Sequence record: OR506460.1
Source: Enterococcus phage AS-M1_NWU
Strand: one strand, 5' to 3'
Length of the DNA stretch: 58,683 nucleotides
Shown here: positions 9,105 to 18,472 of the stretch, piece by piece
How positions within the stretch are numbered: position 1 is the first letter of the stretch
How the letters are laid out: every line of letters begins with the position of its first letter
Position numbers and translations under genes: made by a program
The notes under the pieces: generated by a model
Seen by the model: the letters and a program-made list of their open reading frames with translations, nothing else
The model's database searches: none
What the model was told of the DNA's origin: nothing

Positions 9105-9425
9105 ATGAAAAATTCAAACGTAGCACTCGCCATTGATTCCGTTTTGGTAAAAAAGAAAATTGATATTATCCCGGTTTTTAAATCGTTAGAGGAAGTCTAT
9201 CAAATGCGGATACAAGCGTCGTGGTCAGGCATCACCGCGCACACGCCAGAACGACGCATCTATACCCACGGCCACCCGACTACAAAGATGGCAACAACAC
9301 CGGAACAACGTACAACGTATCGCCTACGGCTATTGAAATTCCTCAGATGGCTATACGCGAACAACTACACAACGGGGCCACTGTTAGAAATCAAATCGTG
9401 GCTAGAGGAGCAAGAGGAATGGTAA
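9105..9425 (+). CDS. hypothetical protein
   Basis: 106-aa ORF. Confidence 0.4.
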   Translation: MKNSNVALAIDSVLVKKKIDIIPVFKSLEEVYQMRIQASWSGITAHTPERRIYTHGHPTTKMATTPEQRTTYRLRLLKFLRWLYANNYTTGPLLEIKSWLEEQEEW

Positions 9426-9766
9426 AGGTCTTATACAACAGCGAACAAGCGCAAGTAAACCAGTTGCGAGACCAGATTAAATCGCACACTGAGGAGTTTG
9501 AAACCGCGATGGCCGAAGTCGACCAGATCATTAAAGAAAATATCGAGACATACCTAAACGATATATCCGGGTTAATGATGTCGATAGTTAGAGTCTATGA
9601 CAATGCTGAGATTGAGGACAAAGCGACAGCCTTAGATCTTGTTCACTCTAAAGCGGTAACTCGTTTAGCATCCATTGAAGATAAGAGCATTGAGCTACGC
9701 GCCCATATTGAACACTTAGTATCCACCATTAAAAACGGAGTGATTAAAAACAATGAAACCATTTGA
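9419..9766 (+). CDS. hypothetical coiled-coil protein
   Basis: Internal ATG 9419 with RBS gaggag; longer listed start overlaps previous gene out of frame. Confidence 0.4.
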   Translation: MVKVLYNSEQAQVNQLRDQIKSHTEEFETAMAEVDQIIKENIETYLNDISGLMMSIVRVYDNAEIEDKATALDLVHSKAVTRLASIEDKSIELRAHIEHLVSTIKNGVIKNNETI

Positions 9767-10841
9767 TAAATTTATTGCGTTTGCGATATCAGAACCGGCA
9801 GACCCCAATAATACGACCTCGTTTTCCGCATTAGCGAACGGGTCAGAAGACCAACTAAAACAACTAGGCCGAGAACTAGAAACAAGCCTAAGAAACCTAC
9901 CGATCGGAGACCCAAGCGCTATGCAGTGGACGCGCCACGGTTTTGCTAAACCCGACGAGAACGCCGAACCGATCACCGTTGTAGATGAAGTCCTAGGGGA
10001 CATGGAAGACACGCCATACGTTATGATAGACGAAGCGGGTAAATATCTCGTGTTCACTTTCGAAGAACGCGCTCGAATGCTAAGCCCGGCAACGATCAAG
10101 GACGAATTAGAGGTTAAAGTAAAAGATTGGATAGAACGAGTTGGTGACACCCCGACAAAACGTGAACGTAATGATATGCGCGATGAAATCATCAATGACT
10201 TGTTGCCAAAGGCCACAATAAAGCGCACTAAGACATACGCCATGATCATCAAGGGCGTTCTTGTTGTCTTCGCTGGCAGCAACAACATAGGTGAAAAAGT
10301 AGCATCGGCAGTAAGAAAGGTAGTAGGGTCTCTCCCGGTCGTCCCGTGGTTTGAGCATTCGTCCCTTATTACGGAGTTTTTAAAGAAAATCGCTACGGTA
10401 GACTTTGACCCGGAAGATGCAGTAGGCCAAGCGCTAGATAAATTTGAGATTGTCCGTAGTGCTAAAGTCTCCGCTGAAACAGGCGCGTACACTTTCAAAG
10501 ATGTTTTTGACATCACGAATGACGTTTCATTCAAAGAAGCGCTAGGACAAACTAACGGATACTCATACCCACTCGGGATCACCGAAGCGAATTTAGAATT
10601 ACGACATGACGCCACAGACAGCCCTATCGGTTTTGTTCTTACGGCCAAAGGCGTTTTAAAGAGCGTAAATTGGAATGACGAGCCGGAAAATATTTTCGAC
10701 GACTCCGTGTTTGACACGAACGAGGAACGGGAGCGTGCTCGATTTGTTTTCTCTACATGGGACGCTTACACCTTAGTTACGGCCGTACTAGGAGCGCTAC
10801 ACAACGCAAACGCAAACCGATTTGTAGAAGACGATATGTAA
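9753..10841 (+). CDS. rdgC: RdgC-like recombination-associated protein
   Basis: 362 aa; block ...DEIINDLLPKA...GSLPVVPW... matches E. coli RdgC region ...DEVLHSLLPRA...GSLPVVPL... Confidence 0.55.
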   Translation: MKPFDKFIAFAISEPADPNNTTSFSALANGSEDQLKQLGRELETSLRNLPIGDPSAMQWTRHGFAKPDENAEPITVVDEVLGDMEDTPYVMIDEAGKYLVFTFEERARMLSPATIKDELEVKVKDWIERVGDTPTKRERNDMRDEIINDLLPKATIKRTKTYAMIIKGVLVVFAGSNNIGEKVASAVRKVVGSLPVVPWFEHSSLITEFLKKIATVDFDPEDAVGQALDKFEIVRSAKVSAETGAYTFKDVFDITNDVSFKEALGQTNGYSYPLGITEANLELRHDATDSPIGFVLTAKGVLKSVNWNDEPENIFDDSVFDTNEERERARFVFSTWDAYTLVTAVLGALHNANANRFVEDDM

Positions 10842-10843
10842 TT

Positions 10844-11044
10844 ATGAATACAGAACGTAAAAAACTGGCGTCTAACCTGACAAGACTAAAAGTCGGAGAG
10901 TCTTTCTTCGTAGAATGTCTTCCGAAAGACCTAGCCCACGTTCGACGCCTAGCTTATAAGCTGAATATTAAGTTATCCATGGTTCGTGTCGATGTCGACC
11001 CGATCTACGGAACATTGGGGACGAGGATATCTCGCGTCAAGTAA
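10844..11044 (+). CDS. hypothetical small protein
   Basis: ATG 3 nt after previous stop. Confidence 0.35.
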   Translation: MNTERKKLASNLTRLKVGESFFVECLPKDLAHVRRLAYKLNIKLSMVRVDVDPIYGTLGTRISRVK

Positions 11045-11051
11045 AAACGCA

Positions 11052-11080
11052 TTGACACCTTGCGGGGGATTAGTTACGAT
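11052..11080 (+). promoter_or_regulatory. promoter TTGACA-N17-TACGAT overlapped by inverted repeat cggggga-N11-tcccccg (11063..11087)
   Basis: shares GTTGACACC extended -35 with other promoters; IR spans -10. Confidence 0.4.
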
Positions 11081-11110
11081 TCCCCCGTATTATAAACGTA
11101 AGAGGCTTAC

Positions 11111-11929
11111 ATGATTAAACTTATGCACTATGCGGATTACGACTACCGCGACCCAAGTAAACATGAACACCGAATTTTCCCGGTTCCGGCCGGAATTAGA
11201 GTCGGGGTGATCATTAAACGCGTTAAGTCCATTGCGAACCCAACTAAGATTGAGGTGTGGCAATACGACGAAAAAGGTAACGCGATTACGGATCTTACCG
11301 GCTTCGCACCGCACATCGAGGGCGTATGTTTAAAAGCGTACCAATGGCTTACAGAACATACATTATCTCTCTCCGGGATCTCGGATACTGAGTCCGATGC
11401 GTATGACTCCGGGATCGTAATCGATGGGTATTTCCAAGATATCCGACCCAACTACGGAACGGCCGACGAGACATTAGACCAGTTGGAAGAATGGTTATTA
11501 GATGAATTCGAGACGACGGACGAAACTAAAACCATATTTCAATATCTGGCCGTTACGACCTACGAGTCAGCGCTTCGAGGCAAAGACGGTAAAGACATTC
11601 ACCTACGCCGTTCTAATCTACGCCATGCGTTGTGCGCATCGAACAATGCTGACCATACCCGCGCTAATATCTCTGTCTCGGAGAATGTGCCACGTTTTAC
11701 CGTGTGGCCAATGTCTATGTCTCCTCGTTCTTGGGATATGAGCAAGCCCGGCCCGAACGCTTGGGACTCCATGGCGGGTGTCGCAGCACCAAGAGGACAA
11801 CAATTCGAAGACCAACTAAATACATGCTTTGAGCGCGGTTTTATCGGTGGGCTAGATATGCGAGCGTTCCACGGCTGGAATACCCGAGTTACCGCATATC
11901 AGTTCATCACTGAGGACGCAACGTTATGA
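11111..11929 (+). CDS. hypothetical protein
   Basis: 272-aa ORF, ATGA coupled to next. Confidence 0.5.
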   Translation: MIKLMHYADYDYRDPSKHEHRIFPVPAGIRVGVIIKRVKSIANPTKIEVWQYDEKGNAITDLTGFAPHIEGVCLKAYQWLTEHTLSLSGISDTESDAYDSGIVIDGYFQDIRPNYGTADETLDQLEEWLLDEFETTDETKTIFQYLAVTTYESALRGKDGKDIHLRRSNLRHALCASNNADHTRANISVSENVPRFTVWPMSMSPRSWDMSKPGPNAWDSMAGVAAPRGQQFEDQLNTCFERGFIGGLDMRAFHGWNTRVTAYQFITEDATL

Positions 11930-12693
11930 ATGATGGGGATTTAGACATTATGGCACTACCACCAATTAAAGACTTTGCCGGATATGACGGCCCACTAGAC
12001 CACCCGATCATCATGCCAGTACCGTCCCTCATGCGGGCGGAAGTCTATGTATCCCACGATTTAAAGGACATAGAAATTAATGGCGTTTTCCGAGACGGAA
12101 CCTATTCGGCGTCAAGATGGACTGGTTCATGCCCCGAATTGGAAGAACAATTTTTATTCCTAGCGGAGTTGTTGAAAGACGACTTCAAGGAAAAATGTAT
12201 CCTCCCATTTAGAGTGGGTCGAGACAAGTCCGAACTACGAGAAGTCGATAGATTTATCCCGGGGATCACCGGCAACATCGGTTTTGAAGTGTATTTACAT
12301 GACACCGGGGATTTCGGCACTAAGTATACTCAGAAATGCTTAGCCAACTGTAAGATGACGGGAGAGAAAGACGACGACGGTCTAGTATCCGCCTCGATCG
12401 TGAGCGCTTACGGGTTCGGGGAACTAACGCCTGTTTCTCGCGAGGTGACAGACGTTGTGAGAATTTACGAAAGACGTTACCAGATCAGCCACCGACTCAA
12501 CCTCATGGACGACGAGGGGTATTTGCTGTCATTAGCTCCCGGAGAACTGAAACGCGTTGACGCGGTACGAACCGCTGAGTTCTATTTCGAGCAAGGATAT
12601 CCCAACGTGATTATTCTCAATTCCGGTCGTCCGTACAACTCCGACGCTACCGGACAAATGTATTACTATTCACCGGAGACATACGACTTATGA
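11926..12693 (+). CDS. hypothetical protein
   Basis: 255-aa ORF. Confidence 0.5.
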   Translation: MNDGDLDIMALPPIKDFAGYDGPLDHPIIMPVPSLMRAEVYVSHDLKDIEINGVFRDGTYSASRWTGSCPELEEQFLFLAELLKDDFKEKCILPFRVGRDKSELREVDRFIPGITGNIGFEVYLHDTGDFGTKYTQKCLANCKMTGEKDDDGLVSASIVSAYGFGELTPVSREVTDVVRIYERRYQISHRLNLMDDEGYLLSLAPGELKRVDAVRTAEFYFEQGYPNVIILNSGRPYNSDATGQMYYYSPETYDL

Positions 12694-13136
12694 CCGAGCA
12701 CAAGAAATTAACCCGCGTGTACGGCGCTAACCTTTGTACTTTTTGCGGGAGAGCGTGGGAAGACGGAGAAGAAATCCCGGATTGCGTTGCGCCCCAAGAG
12801 GAGGCTCAAAAAACACGCAAGAAATTTTTTCGGGCATACTTCCCGGCGCCAACCCAATTTACCGCATGGTTGTTATATGGGAAAAACGGTAAAGCGATGG
12901 TCGCCTATGCGGATCATCGGGAGGTGGCTTTACGCATCGGGTATAATTGGACGAGAAACCGGAATGATATTGTAAAGGTAGAAGAATCGGCGGAGCTAAC
13001 CCGTTTTGCCGTTTGGCAGTCCGTACCCTATATTGAGATTAATCCGGTAATTATTAATAAACTAAACCAGTTAAGCAAAAAAAGGGATAACATAATAATA
13101 TCTCCCGCTAATTTTAAAAAGGCCATTTATGACTAA
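12690..13136 (+). CDS. hypothetical protein with CxxC motif
   Basis: 148 aa, CTFCG. Confidence 0.45.
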   Translation: MTEHKKLTRVYGANLCTFCGRAWEDGEEIPDCVAPQEEAQKTRKKFFRAYFPAPTQFTAWLLYGKNGKAMVAYADHREVALRIGYNWTRNRNDIVKVEESAELTRFAVWQSVPYIEINPVIINKLNQLSKKRDNIIISPANFKKAIYD

Positions 13137-13761
13137 GTTAGATGAAGTACGCAAATTATCATACTCGTTCAAACTGCCCGAAGATGTGCGAGAGGGAACC
13201 TATGTCGTTTTACGTTTCGAATCGGAGGTAGGAAAGTGGAATCAGAACGCAAATATTGTTAGCTATATGCTCGGTGTTATCAGCCACACTACAAAGACAC
13301 AATTCCAAGTTTCTTGTGAGGGTTTATCCTCCCCGATGCGTTTCGGGCGCGACGGAGGAATCCGAGCGGACAGCAAGGGTCAGGTAGGGGGAGCACTAAG
13401 AACGTCAGTATTCCTTGCCGGCAGTGTCGATACCGCAGAAGAATACATCAAGGGTCAAGTAGAACAACACAATGACCCCGATGTAGTAAGACGCGAGCCA
13501 ACGTTCCACCTAAAACATGCAGACGATTTGATGGGTATCATTGTCAAACTGGACAAGCTGATAAGCGATGCGACGACGCTATGGGGCGCAATACCTGAAA
13601 AATGGAAAGGCCGAGAGCAACGACGTAGCCGTAACGACCGAATTCCGCATGACATGTTAGTAGCGATCTTGTGTAACCCGGACGCATCGGACATATTAGC
13701 AGACCTATTTAAGTCCATAGCTAAAGCATTCGGAGTATCAACCAAAAAAGAGGAAGAATGA
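13129..13761 (+). CDS. hypothetical protein
   Basis: 210-aa ORF. Confidence 0.45.
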   Translation: MTKLDEVRKLSYSFKLPEDVREGTYVVLRFESEVGKWNQNANIVSYMLGVISHTTKTQFQVSCEGLSSPMRFGRDGGIRADSKGQVGGALRTSVFLAGSVDTAEEYIKGQVEQHNDPDVVRREPTFHLKHADDLMGIIVKLDKLISDATTLWGAIPEKWKGREQRRSRNDRIPHDMLVAILCNPDASDILADLFKSIAKAFGVSTKKEEE

Positions 13762-14498
13762 TGATCAACCCCTACGCGGTGGAATTACAGAAATTGAAAG
13801 ACGCCAAGAAACACATTCCAAAGCAGATAAAAGACCAATGGCGTACTCCGGACTGGCTTTTCTACGCGCTAAACTCTTTATACGGCCCGTTCTTGGTAGA
13901 TTTGTTTTCAGATGGACAGAATGCTAAGTGCTCCCGGTATTTCATGGCCGAGGATAATGCGCTACAACAGAACTGGAAAGAAGCACTAGAAGACGCAAAG
14001 TTTGAATACCTTATTGACGCCGACTGCGCGGGCTATGATGCTACTGACGATCTAAAGACGGCCAAGTGTTTTGCTAACCCGCCATACAGTCCGGCTAAGT
14101 ATATAGGCAAAGGGCGTAAGAATAGAATTCCGCTCTGTGGTATGCGAAACATCATGGCCAAGGCCTACGAGGAACACAAGGCCGGCTGTCCGTCATTCTG
14201 GTTGCTTAAATCTGCTACATCAGAAGATTGGTGGCCAAATGAGACCGCGAGCCAGATAATCCACATTAAGGGTCGAATCGCTTTCGAAAAGCCGGTGTGG
14301 TTTAGAGATGAGGTCGTAGATCGAGTGGAAAGTAGTGCTGCTTTCGGTGCGTCCGTTGCGATCTTTAACGGAATAAACGATATTCAAGAACCGGAAGCCT
14401 ACATCAGTCGAGATACCTTAAAATTAATAGGGGAGCCACTTGCTGAAATTAATGCGGAAAGACGCGCCGAGTGGATAGCTAGTTTCGACGATCTATAA
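13758..14498 (+). CDS. dam: phage-type DNA N6-adenine methyltransferase (Dam family)
   Basis: 246 aa with catalytic NPPY motif (CFANPPYSP) and N-terminal WRTPDWLF motif typical of phage Dam MTases. Confidence 0.65.
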   Translation: MMINPYAVELQKLKDAKKHIPKQIKDQWRTPDWLFYALNSLYGPFLVDLFSDGQNAKCSRYFMAEDNALQQNWKEALEDAKFEYLIDADCAGYDATDDLKTAKCFANPPYSPAKYIGKGRKNRIPLCGMRNIMAKAYEEHKAGCPSFWLLKSATSEDWWPNETASQIIHIKGRIAFEKPVWFRDEVVDRVESSAAFGASVAIFNGINDIQEPEAYISRDTLKLIGEPLAEINAERRAEWIASFDDL

Positions 14499-14540
14499 TT
14501 TATGGGGGCCTTGTGGCCTCCCTATTAAAAGGTAAACCCC

Positions 14541-14711
14541 GTGAAAATTCTAAAGTATACATTGCTTGTGTTGATTGTGATTTCTGCGGTTGTCGGCTCA
14601 TACATGGCGATACGATCAACCACATGCGCGGAATACGGCCAGAAGAACAAAGTTGCGACCGAATATTCGCTGTATGATGGTTGTGTGATAAAAAACTCCG
14701 GCCACCCGTAA
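14541..14711 (+). CDS. possible small membrane protein, GTG start (56 aa)
   Basis: Not in track (<60 aa); RBS aaagg 8 nt upstream; N-terminal TM LLVLIVISAVVG. Confidence 0.25.
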   Translation: MKILKYTLLVLIVISAVVGSYMAIRSTTCAEYGQKNKVATEYSLYDGCVIKNSGHP

Positions 14712-14739
14712 AAAAGTTCACCTCAAGCGAGAAAAATAG

Positions 14740-14768
14740 TTGACACCGCGATCCGGAGTCGATAGTAT
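14740..14768 (+). promoter_or_regulatory. promoter TTGACA-N17-TAGTAT
   Basis: ttgacaccgcgatccggagtcgatagtat; followed by RBS aaaggggg and ATG 14800. Confidence 0.5.
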
Positions 14769-14799
14769 ACCCCTACACCAAGAGAAAAGGGGGTACGAC

Positions 14800-15291
14800 A
14801 TGGATCATAAGTACAAGGTTTCGGACAGGAATACCGTCGCCCGAGTAGTGGGCCGTCATCGCCAATGGTGCGACGCATACGTTGAGGTAAAACGTATCGT
14901 TCGTGAAATGTCCGAAAAAGGGATAACCGATCTGGAAGTTGACGCGATGCCGATCCACGCGCACCTAAACCGGATCGCTGGTTTCAACTCATTTTTTGCC
15001 AACACTCAAAACGAATGGTGGCTAAGATTTAGACCATTTGAAGCCTACCCACAAGATAACGGGAAGACGCTAATTAAGTACCGCGACTCCCACCCGTGTA
15101 ACATCTGGCGAAAAGTAGAAAAAATGGAATTCGACCGAGAAGACTTAGAACGAAGAATAAGTCGCATCGAACAAATATTACAAGGACAGCCGGAAACAAT
15201 CGCATACGATAGAAAAGTATTTCGAATTCGTAGAACACAAGAATTATCTCAAACCGGCATGTCAAACCGAAAAGCGAGAAAAATCGCATAG
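14800..15291 (+). CDS. hypothetical protein
   Basis: Start set at ATG 14800 downstream of promoter. Confidence 0.45.
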   Translation: MDHKYKVSDRNTVARVVGRHRQWCDAYVEVKRIVREMSEKGITDLEVDAMPIHAHLNRIAGFNSFFANTQNEWWLRFRPFEAYPQDNGKTLIKYRDSHPCNIWRKVEKMEFDREDLERRISRIEQILQGQPETIAYDRKVFRIRRTQELSQTGMSNRKARKIA

Positions 15292-15325
15292 GAGGAAGCC
15301 GGTCGAGAATTCCCGGGAGAAGACC

Positions 15326-15577
15326 ATGTTTGATGACATACGGAGAATAAAGCGCAAATATGAAATGATGCCACCCGGAGATAACACACCTCTGTATGGC
15401 GATTTCATCGAGTTTAAGGACGAATTTAACGGAGCAACATATATTGGTGAGGTGTTAGATCACCATTTCAGTTCAACACCTCACGATCAAATTTGGAATG
15501 TCTTCGTAGACGGCGTGACCATATCTGCGAAACAATCTGAGATAACAAGAGTATACCGACGCAAACGGAGAAAATAG
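15326..15577 (+). CDS. hypothetical small protein
   Basis: 83-aa ORF. Confidence 0.4.
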   Translation: MFDDIRRIKRKYEMMPPGDNTPLYGDFIEFKDEFNGATYIGEVLDHHFSSTPHDQIWNVFVDGVTISAKQSEITRVYRRKRRK

Positions 15578-15578
15578 C

Positions 15579-16448
15579 ATGAAAGACCTAACAAAACCTT
15601 TAGTAGAAATCGATATCGACGTTAGAACTGATTACCTACCTCACGGTGTTTTATCCGTTGATATCAAAACCGAGGAAATATCTCACGAACTAAAATCGCT
15701 ACTAGCCGATACATTTGAAGCCATGGTAGTTCGTTTGATTTCTTCTGAGAGAAAATACCAACGAGGCAACTCTTACCAGAACGAAGAACTAGCGCAAAGC
15801 GGTGAACTCGCGTTCCGGATCGCCGACCGGCTTAAAAATTTCCAAGATATTGACGCCATGAATTTGATTATGTTTTCCATGTATCATCAGGCGTATTCGG
15901 GACAACAAATTCATCTAATGGATAGTTGTATTAAAGATTTCCATCGTGGGGTGGTTGACGCGTATAACTTTATTGATTCTACTTGCCCTCCCGGTTGTGC
16001 TGAGGAAGCATTCCGAACACTGCTTATGAGCGAGTTAGTCGATACTACCATGAAAGAACTCGGCAAAGGAGATAAAACCTCATACAAGATGTTAGGTGGC
16101 GATACGGCCAAGATATCCGTTAACCCCCCTGAGTCCCTAAAAGCATTTGCGGATCAACTGGGCGACGAGGAGCTTTACATCTATAACATTCTAGGCATGA
16201 ATTTTGTGATCCCATGGTGGGGAGATACCGTAGTAGCGAATAAGGAAAAACAACTACTCGTGTTCCCGGGTGTTCCATATGTTGATCGAGAGACAGATAG
16301 ATGGCGTTCTCCAGACTGTGAAGATTTCCAAAAAGACGGTCTCGTTATCGGTACAATAGATGTCTCGAAAGAAAGAGAATATCTCATTGATGGTTTTATC
16401 CTATCTCTGTCCGTATTCAACAGAAAACCGCTAGAGGGCGAAAAATGA
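15579..16448 (+). CDS. hypothetical protein
   Basis: 289-aa ORF. Confidence 0.5.
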   Translation: MKDLTKPLVEIDIDVRTDYLPHGVLSVDIKTEEISHELKSLLADTFEAMVVRLISSERKYQRGNSYQNEELAQSGELAFRIADRLKNFQDIDAMNLIMFSMYHQAYSGQQIHLMDSCIKDFHRGVVDAYNFIDSTCPPGCAEEAFRTLLMSELVDTTMKELGKGDKTSYKMLGGDTAKISVNPPESLKAFADQLGDEELYIYNILGMNFVIPWWGDTVVANKEKQLLVFPGVPYVDRETDRWRSPDCEDFQKDGLVIGTIDVSKEREYLIDGFILSLSVFNRKPLEGEK

Positions 16449-16909
16449 AATTAGTATACATAGCCGGCCCGTACCGCGCAGACACCATAGAGGGTGTTGC
16501 TGAAAATATCCGTAAGGCACAAGTAATCGGGCTATCTCTAGCCACCAACGGACATAAATTAGGGGTATTCCCCGTGATCCCTCACATGAATACGGCGCAC
16601 TTTGAGACCCACACTTTAACCGTATCACAAAAATTCAGCGCTTTTATTGAGCCGGTGCCAGATGAATACTGGCTACGAGGAACAATGGCATTGATGGAAA
16701 AATGCGATGCGGTTTTATTGACGCACCCACAAGCCGGCATAACAAGCAAGGGAACGCGGGCGGAGGTTATGCGCGCTATTGAGTTAGGTATTCCTGTTTA
16801 TGACCACATAAACGGCCTACTATCTGACCTTAGAGACGAATCAACGCCTCTACGAAGTATTAATGTTTTGAATGACAAGCGAGAATTTCTCGGGGCGGTT
16901 GATGAATGA
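16445..16909 (+). CDS. DUF4406/DUF1937-like protein (nucleoside 2-deoxyribosyltransferase-like Rossmann fold)
   Basis: 154 aa; N-terminal VYIAGPY motif and overall pattern typical of this family. Confidence 0.5.
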   Translation: MKLVYIAGPYRADTIEGVAENIRKAQVIGLSLATNGHKLGVFPVIPHMNTAHFETHTLTVSQKFSAFIEPVPDEYWLRGTMALMEKCDAVLLTHPQAGITSKGTRAEVMRAIELGIPVYDHINGLLSDLRDESTPLRSINVLNDKREFLGAVDE

Positions 16910-16975
16910 TGTAGCGTACTTAATAGTCGTTGCGATGTGTGCCTTAGTTATAACACTAGGTATACGGAAATAACT

Positions 16976-16998
16976 AAGGGGCGTAAGGCCCCTTTACT
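16976..16998. terminator. bidirectional terminator hairpin between convergent operons
   Basis: aaggggc-gtaag-gcccctt perfect stem, T-rich flanks on both strands. Confidence 0.5.
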
Positions 16999-17004
16999 TT
17001 ATTA

Positions 17005-17244
17005 TCAAAACCGGCAAGACCGCTCGCCGTCTTCACCACCCCAACCGCACAACCTTTGTCCTAGACAGTTATGAAATAGAACTTGGTCGGCCGTTTTAGT
17101 AGAAAAGATATCATCTTCACCAACGTAGATCGGTCTGGCGGTTTGGCAAAACGACGGGTTATTTACGGTCTTTACGCAACCAACCACTGCGAAGACGATC
17201 AGAACTACCGCCGTCCGGTAAGCTATTAATCCCCGAATCGACAT
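17005..17244 (-). CDS. o-spanin-like lipoprotein
   Basis: 79 aa; signal peptide + lipobox VVGC; overlaps i-spanin in alternate frame (Rz/Rz1-type overlapped architecture). Confidence 0.45.
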   Translation of the reverse strand: MSIRGLIAYRTAVVLIVFAVVGCVKTVNNPSFCQTARPIYVGEDDIFSTKTADQVLFHNCLGQRLCGWGGEDGERSCRF

Positions 17245-17416
17245 CTTGTTTTACCTCATTAACTCGTTCTTGTTCAATATGGTTATCGATAATATCTTCG
17301 ACAACTTTCTCGTTCTTTCCGTCCTGTTTTCCTTTACGCCACGTTAGGAATAGGAGGACAAAAAAGGCGACGACCCCTAGAGCCATCGCCTTGATTTTAG
17401 CCCAAAAGGACATCAC
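17159..17416 (-). CDS. i-spanin-like protein
   Basis: 85 aa; N-terminal TM then charged periplasmic domain; contains o-spanin start. Confidence 0.45.
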   Translation of the reverse strand: MMSFWAKIKAMALGVVAFFVLLFLTWRKGKQDGKNEKVVEDIIDNHIEQERVNEVKQDVDSGINSLPDGGSSDRLRSGWLRKDRK

Positions 17417-18192
17417 TGCCCCAATTTGAATTTACGGTAGCGGACATAGCCGAGGTAAATCCCGATCCCGACGGTGGCGACGCCGAGGAAGATTCTAGCG
17501 TAGTCGCCAGATGAAAGGTCTCCCGAGGCATTGTGTACCGCCTCTTTGACCGGTTGAACGACCTCAACCAACTGCGCGACACCTAGTGCTGCGGTGCCGG
17601 CTGCTACGGTTGCCGTAGAATTAACGACTTTCGGTTTCTTAGTTACGCCGGCCATGCGGAGGGCTTCTTCGATAGTCTCGTCAGAATACCAAGTGTTTAC
17701 CGTTTTTCCTTTGAGTGGCCCATTGAAGCCGTTTTCCGTACCGATAATGCCTGAAACCAACAAGAACAACTGGTCGTAGTCGTGCATATCGATAACTTCG
17801 TCGTCCGGGCCAACGCCTAGTAGGTCTGCTAAGTTTTTAGCGTAAACGTTGGTATTATTCCCTTTCTCCGACCCCGGCGCCCAACGCTCAACGATTTCAC
17901 GCGCGGAGTCGATGCGAGAGCCGTTCTTTGATTTGCGCTTATCGTAATACGTGATTAACGTTACTGCGATCGCGCGAATACCATAAACCGGATTTACGAA
18001 TTCACAAAAGCGAGGAGACGTTCTCTCCGCTTTCGGTACTAACCCCTGCCAAGGAGATCCCCACTCCAAGTTGCCCGGGTTATTTTGTCTAATACCTTTA
18101 GGCTTTAAATTCGCCATGGTGTTGCCCCTATTTTTTATCTGCGAGTTTTTGAACGCTAGTTTTAATGTCTCTAAGGTCTTCGCGAACTTCAC
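17413..18192 (-). CDS. putative endolysin / peptidoglycan hydrolase (unclassified), C-terminal hydrophobic helix
   Basis: 259 aa between holin-like and spanin genes; IRQNNPGNLEW motif; family not firmly recognised. Confidence 0.3.
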   Translation of the reverse strand: MKFAKTLETLKLAFKNSQIKNRGNTMANLKPKGIRQNNPGNLEWGSPWQGLVPKAERTSPRFCEFVNPVYGIRAIAVTLITYYDKRKSKNGSRIDSAREIVERWAPGSEKGNNTNVYAKNLADLLGVGPDDEVIDMHDYDQLFLLVSGIIGTENGFNGPLKGKTVNTWYSDETIEEALRMAGVTKKPKVVNSTATVAAGTAALGVAQLVEVVQPVKEAVHNASGDLSSGDYARIFLGVATVGIGIYLGYVRYRKFKLGQ

Positions 18193-18472
18193 CTCGAAAC
18201 TGATTTATTTGTTGTGCGGTATTATGTTTTATATCGGTGATTTCCCGCTCGGCTTGTGTTGTTCGTTGTTCTAGGACTCTAACATCGGCCGAGATCAACA
18301 AAACATCGTTTCTAACATTGCTAAACTGGTTATTAACCCACATTATACCGCTACACAACGCTACTATTAGCGAAAGGATTGTCGGGATATTGATCGCCAA
18401 GTCAATGCGAACGCCTCCCGTACCTCCATCTCTACCCGCCATATTGCCCCCGTTATCGGTTCTTATATCCAT
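18128..18472 (-). CDS. putative holin-like protein (single TM + coiled-coil/charged C-terminus)
   Basis: 114 aa (possibly starts at internal ATG 18442); overlaps endolysin start. Confidence 0.3.
   Translation of the reverse strand: MDIRTDNGGNMAGRDGGTGGVRIDLAINIPTILSLIVALCSGIMWVNNQFSNVRNDVLLISADVRVLEQRTTQAEREITDIKHNTAQQINQFRGEVREDLRDIKTSVQKLADKK

Noticed and set aside
9221-9418. Upstream part of track ORF 9221..9766
   Set aside because: It overlaps ORF 9105..9425 out of frame. A good RBS and ATG at 9419 gives a more sensible start.
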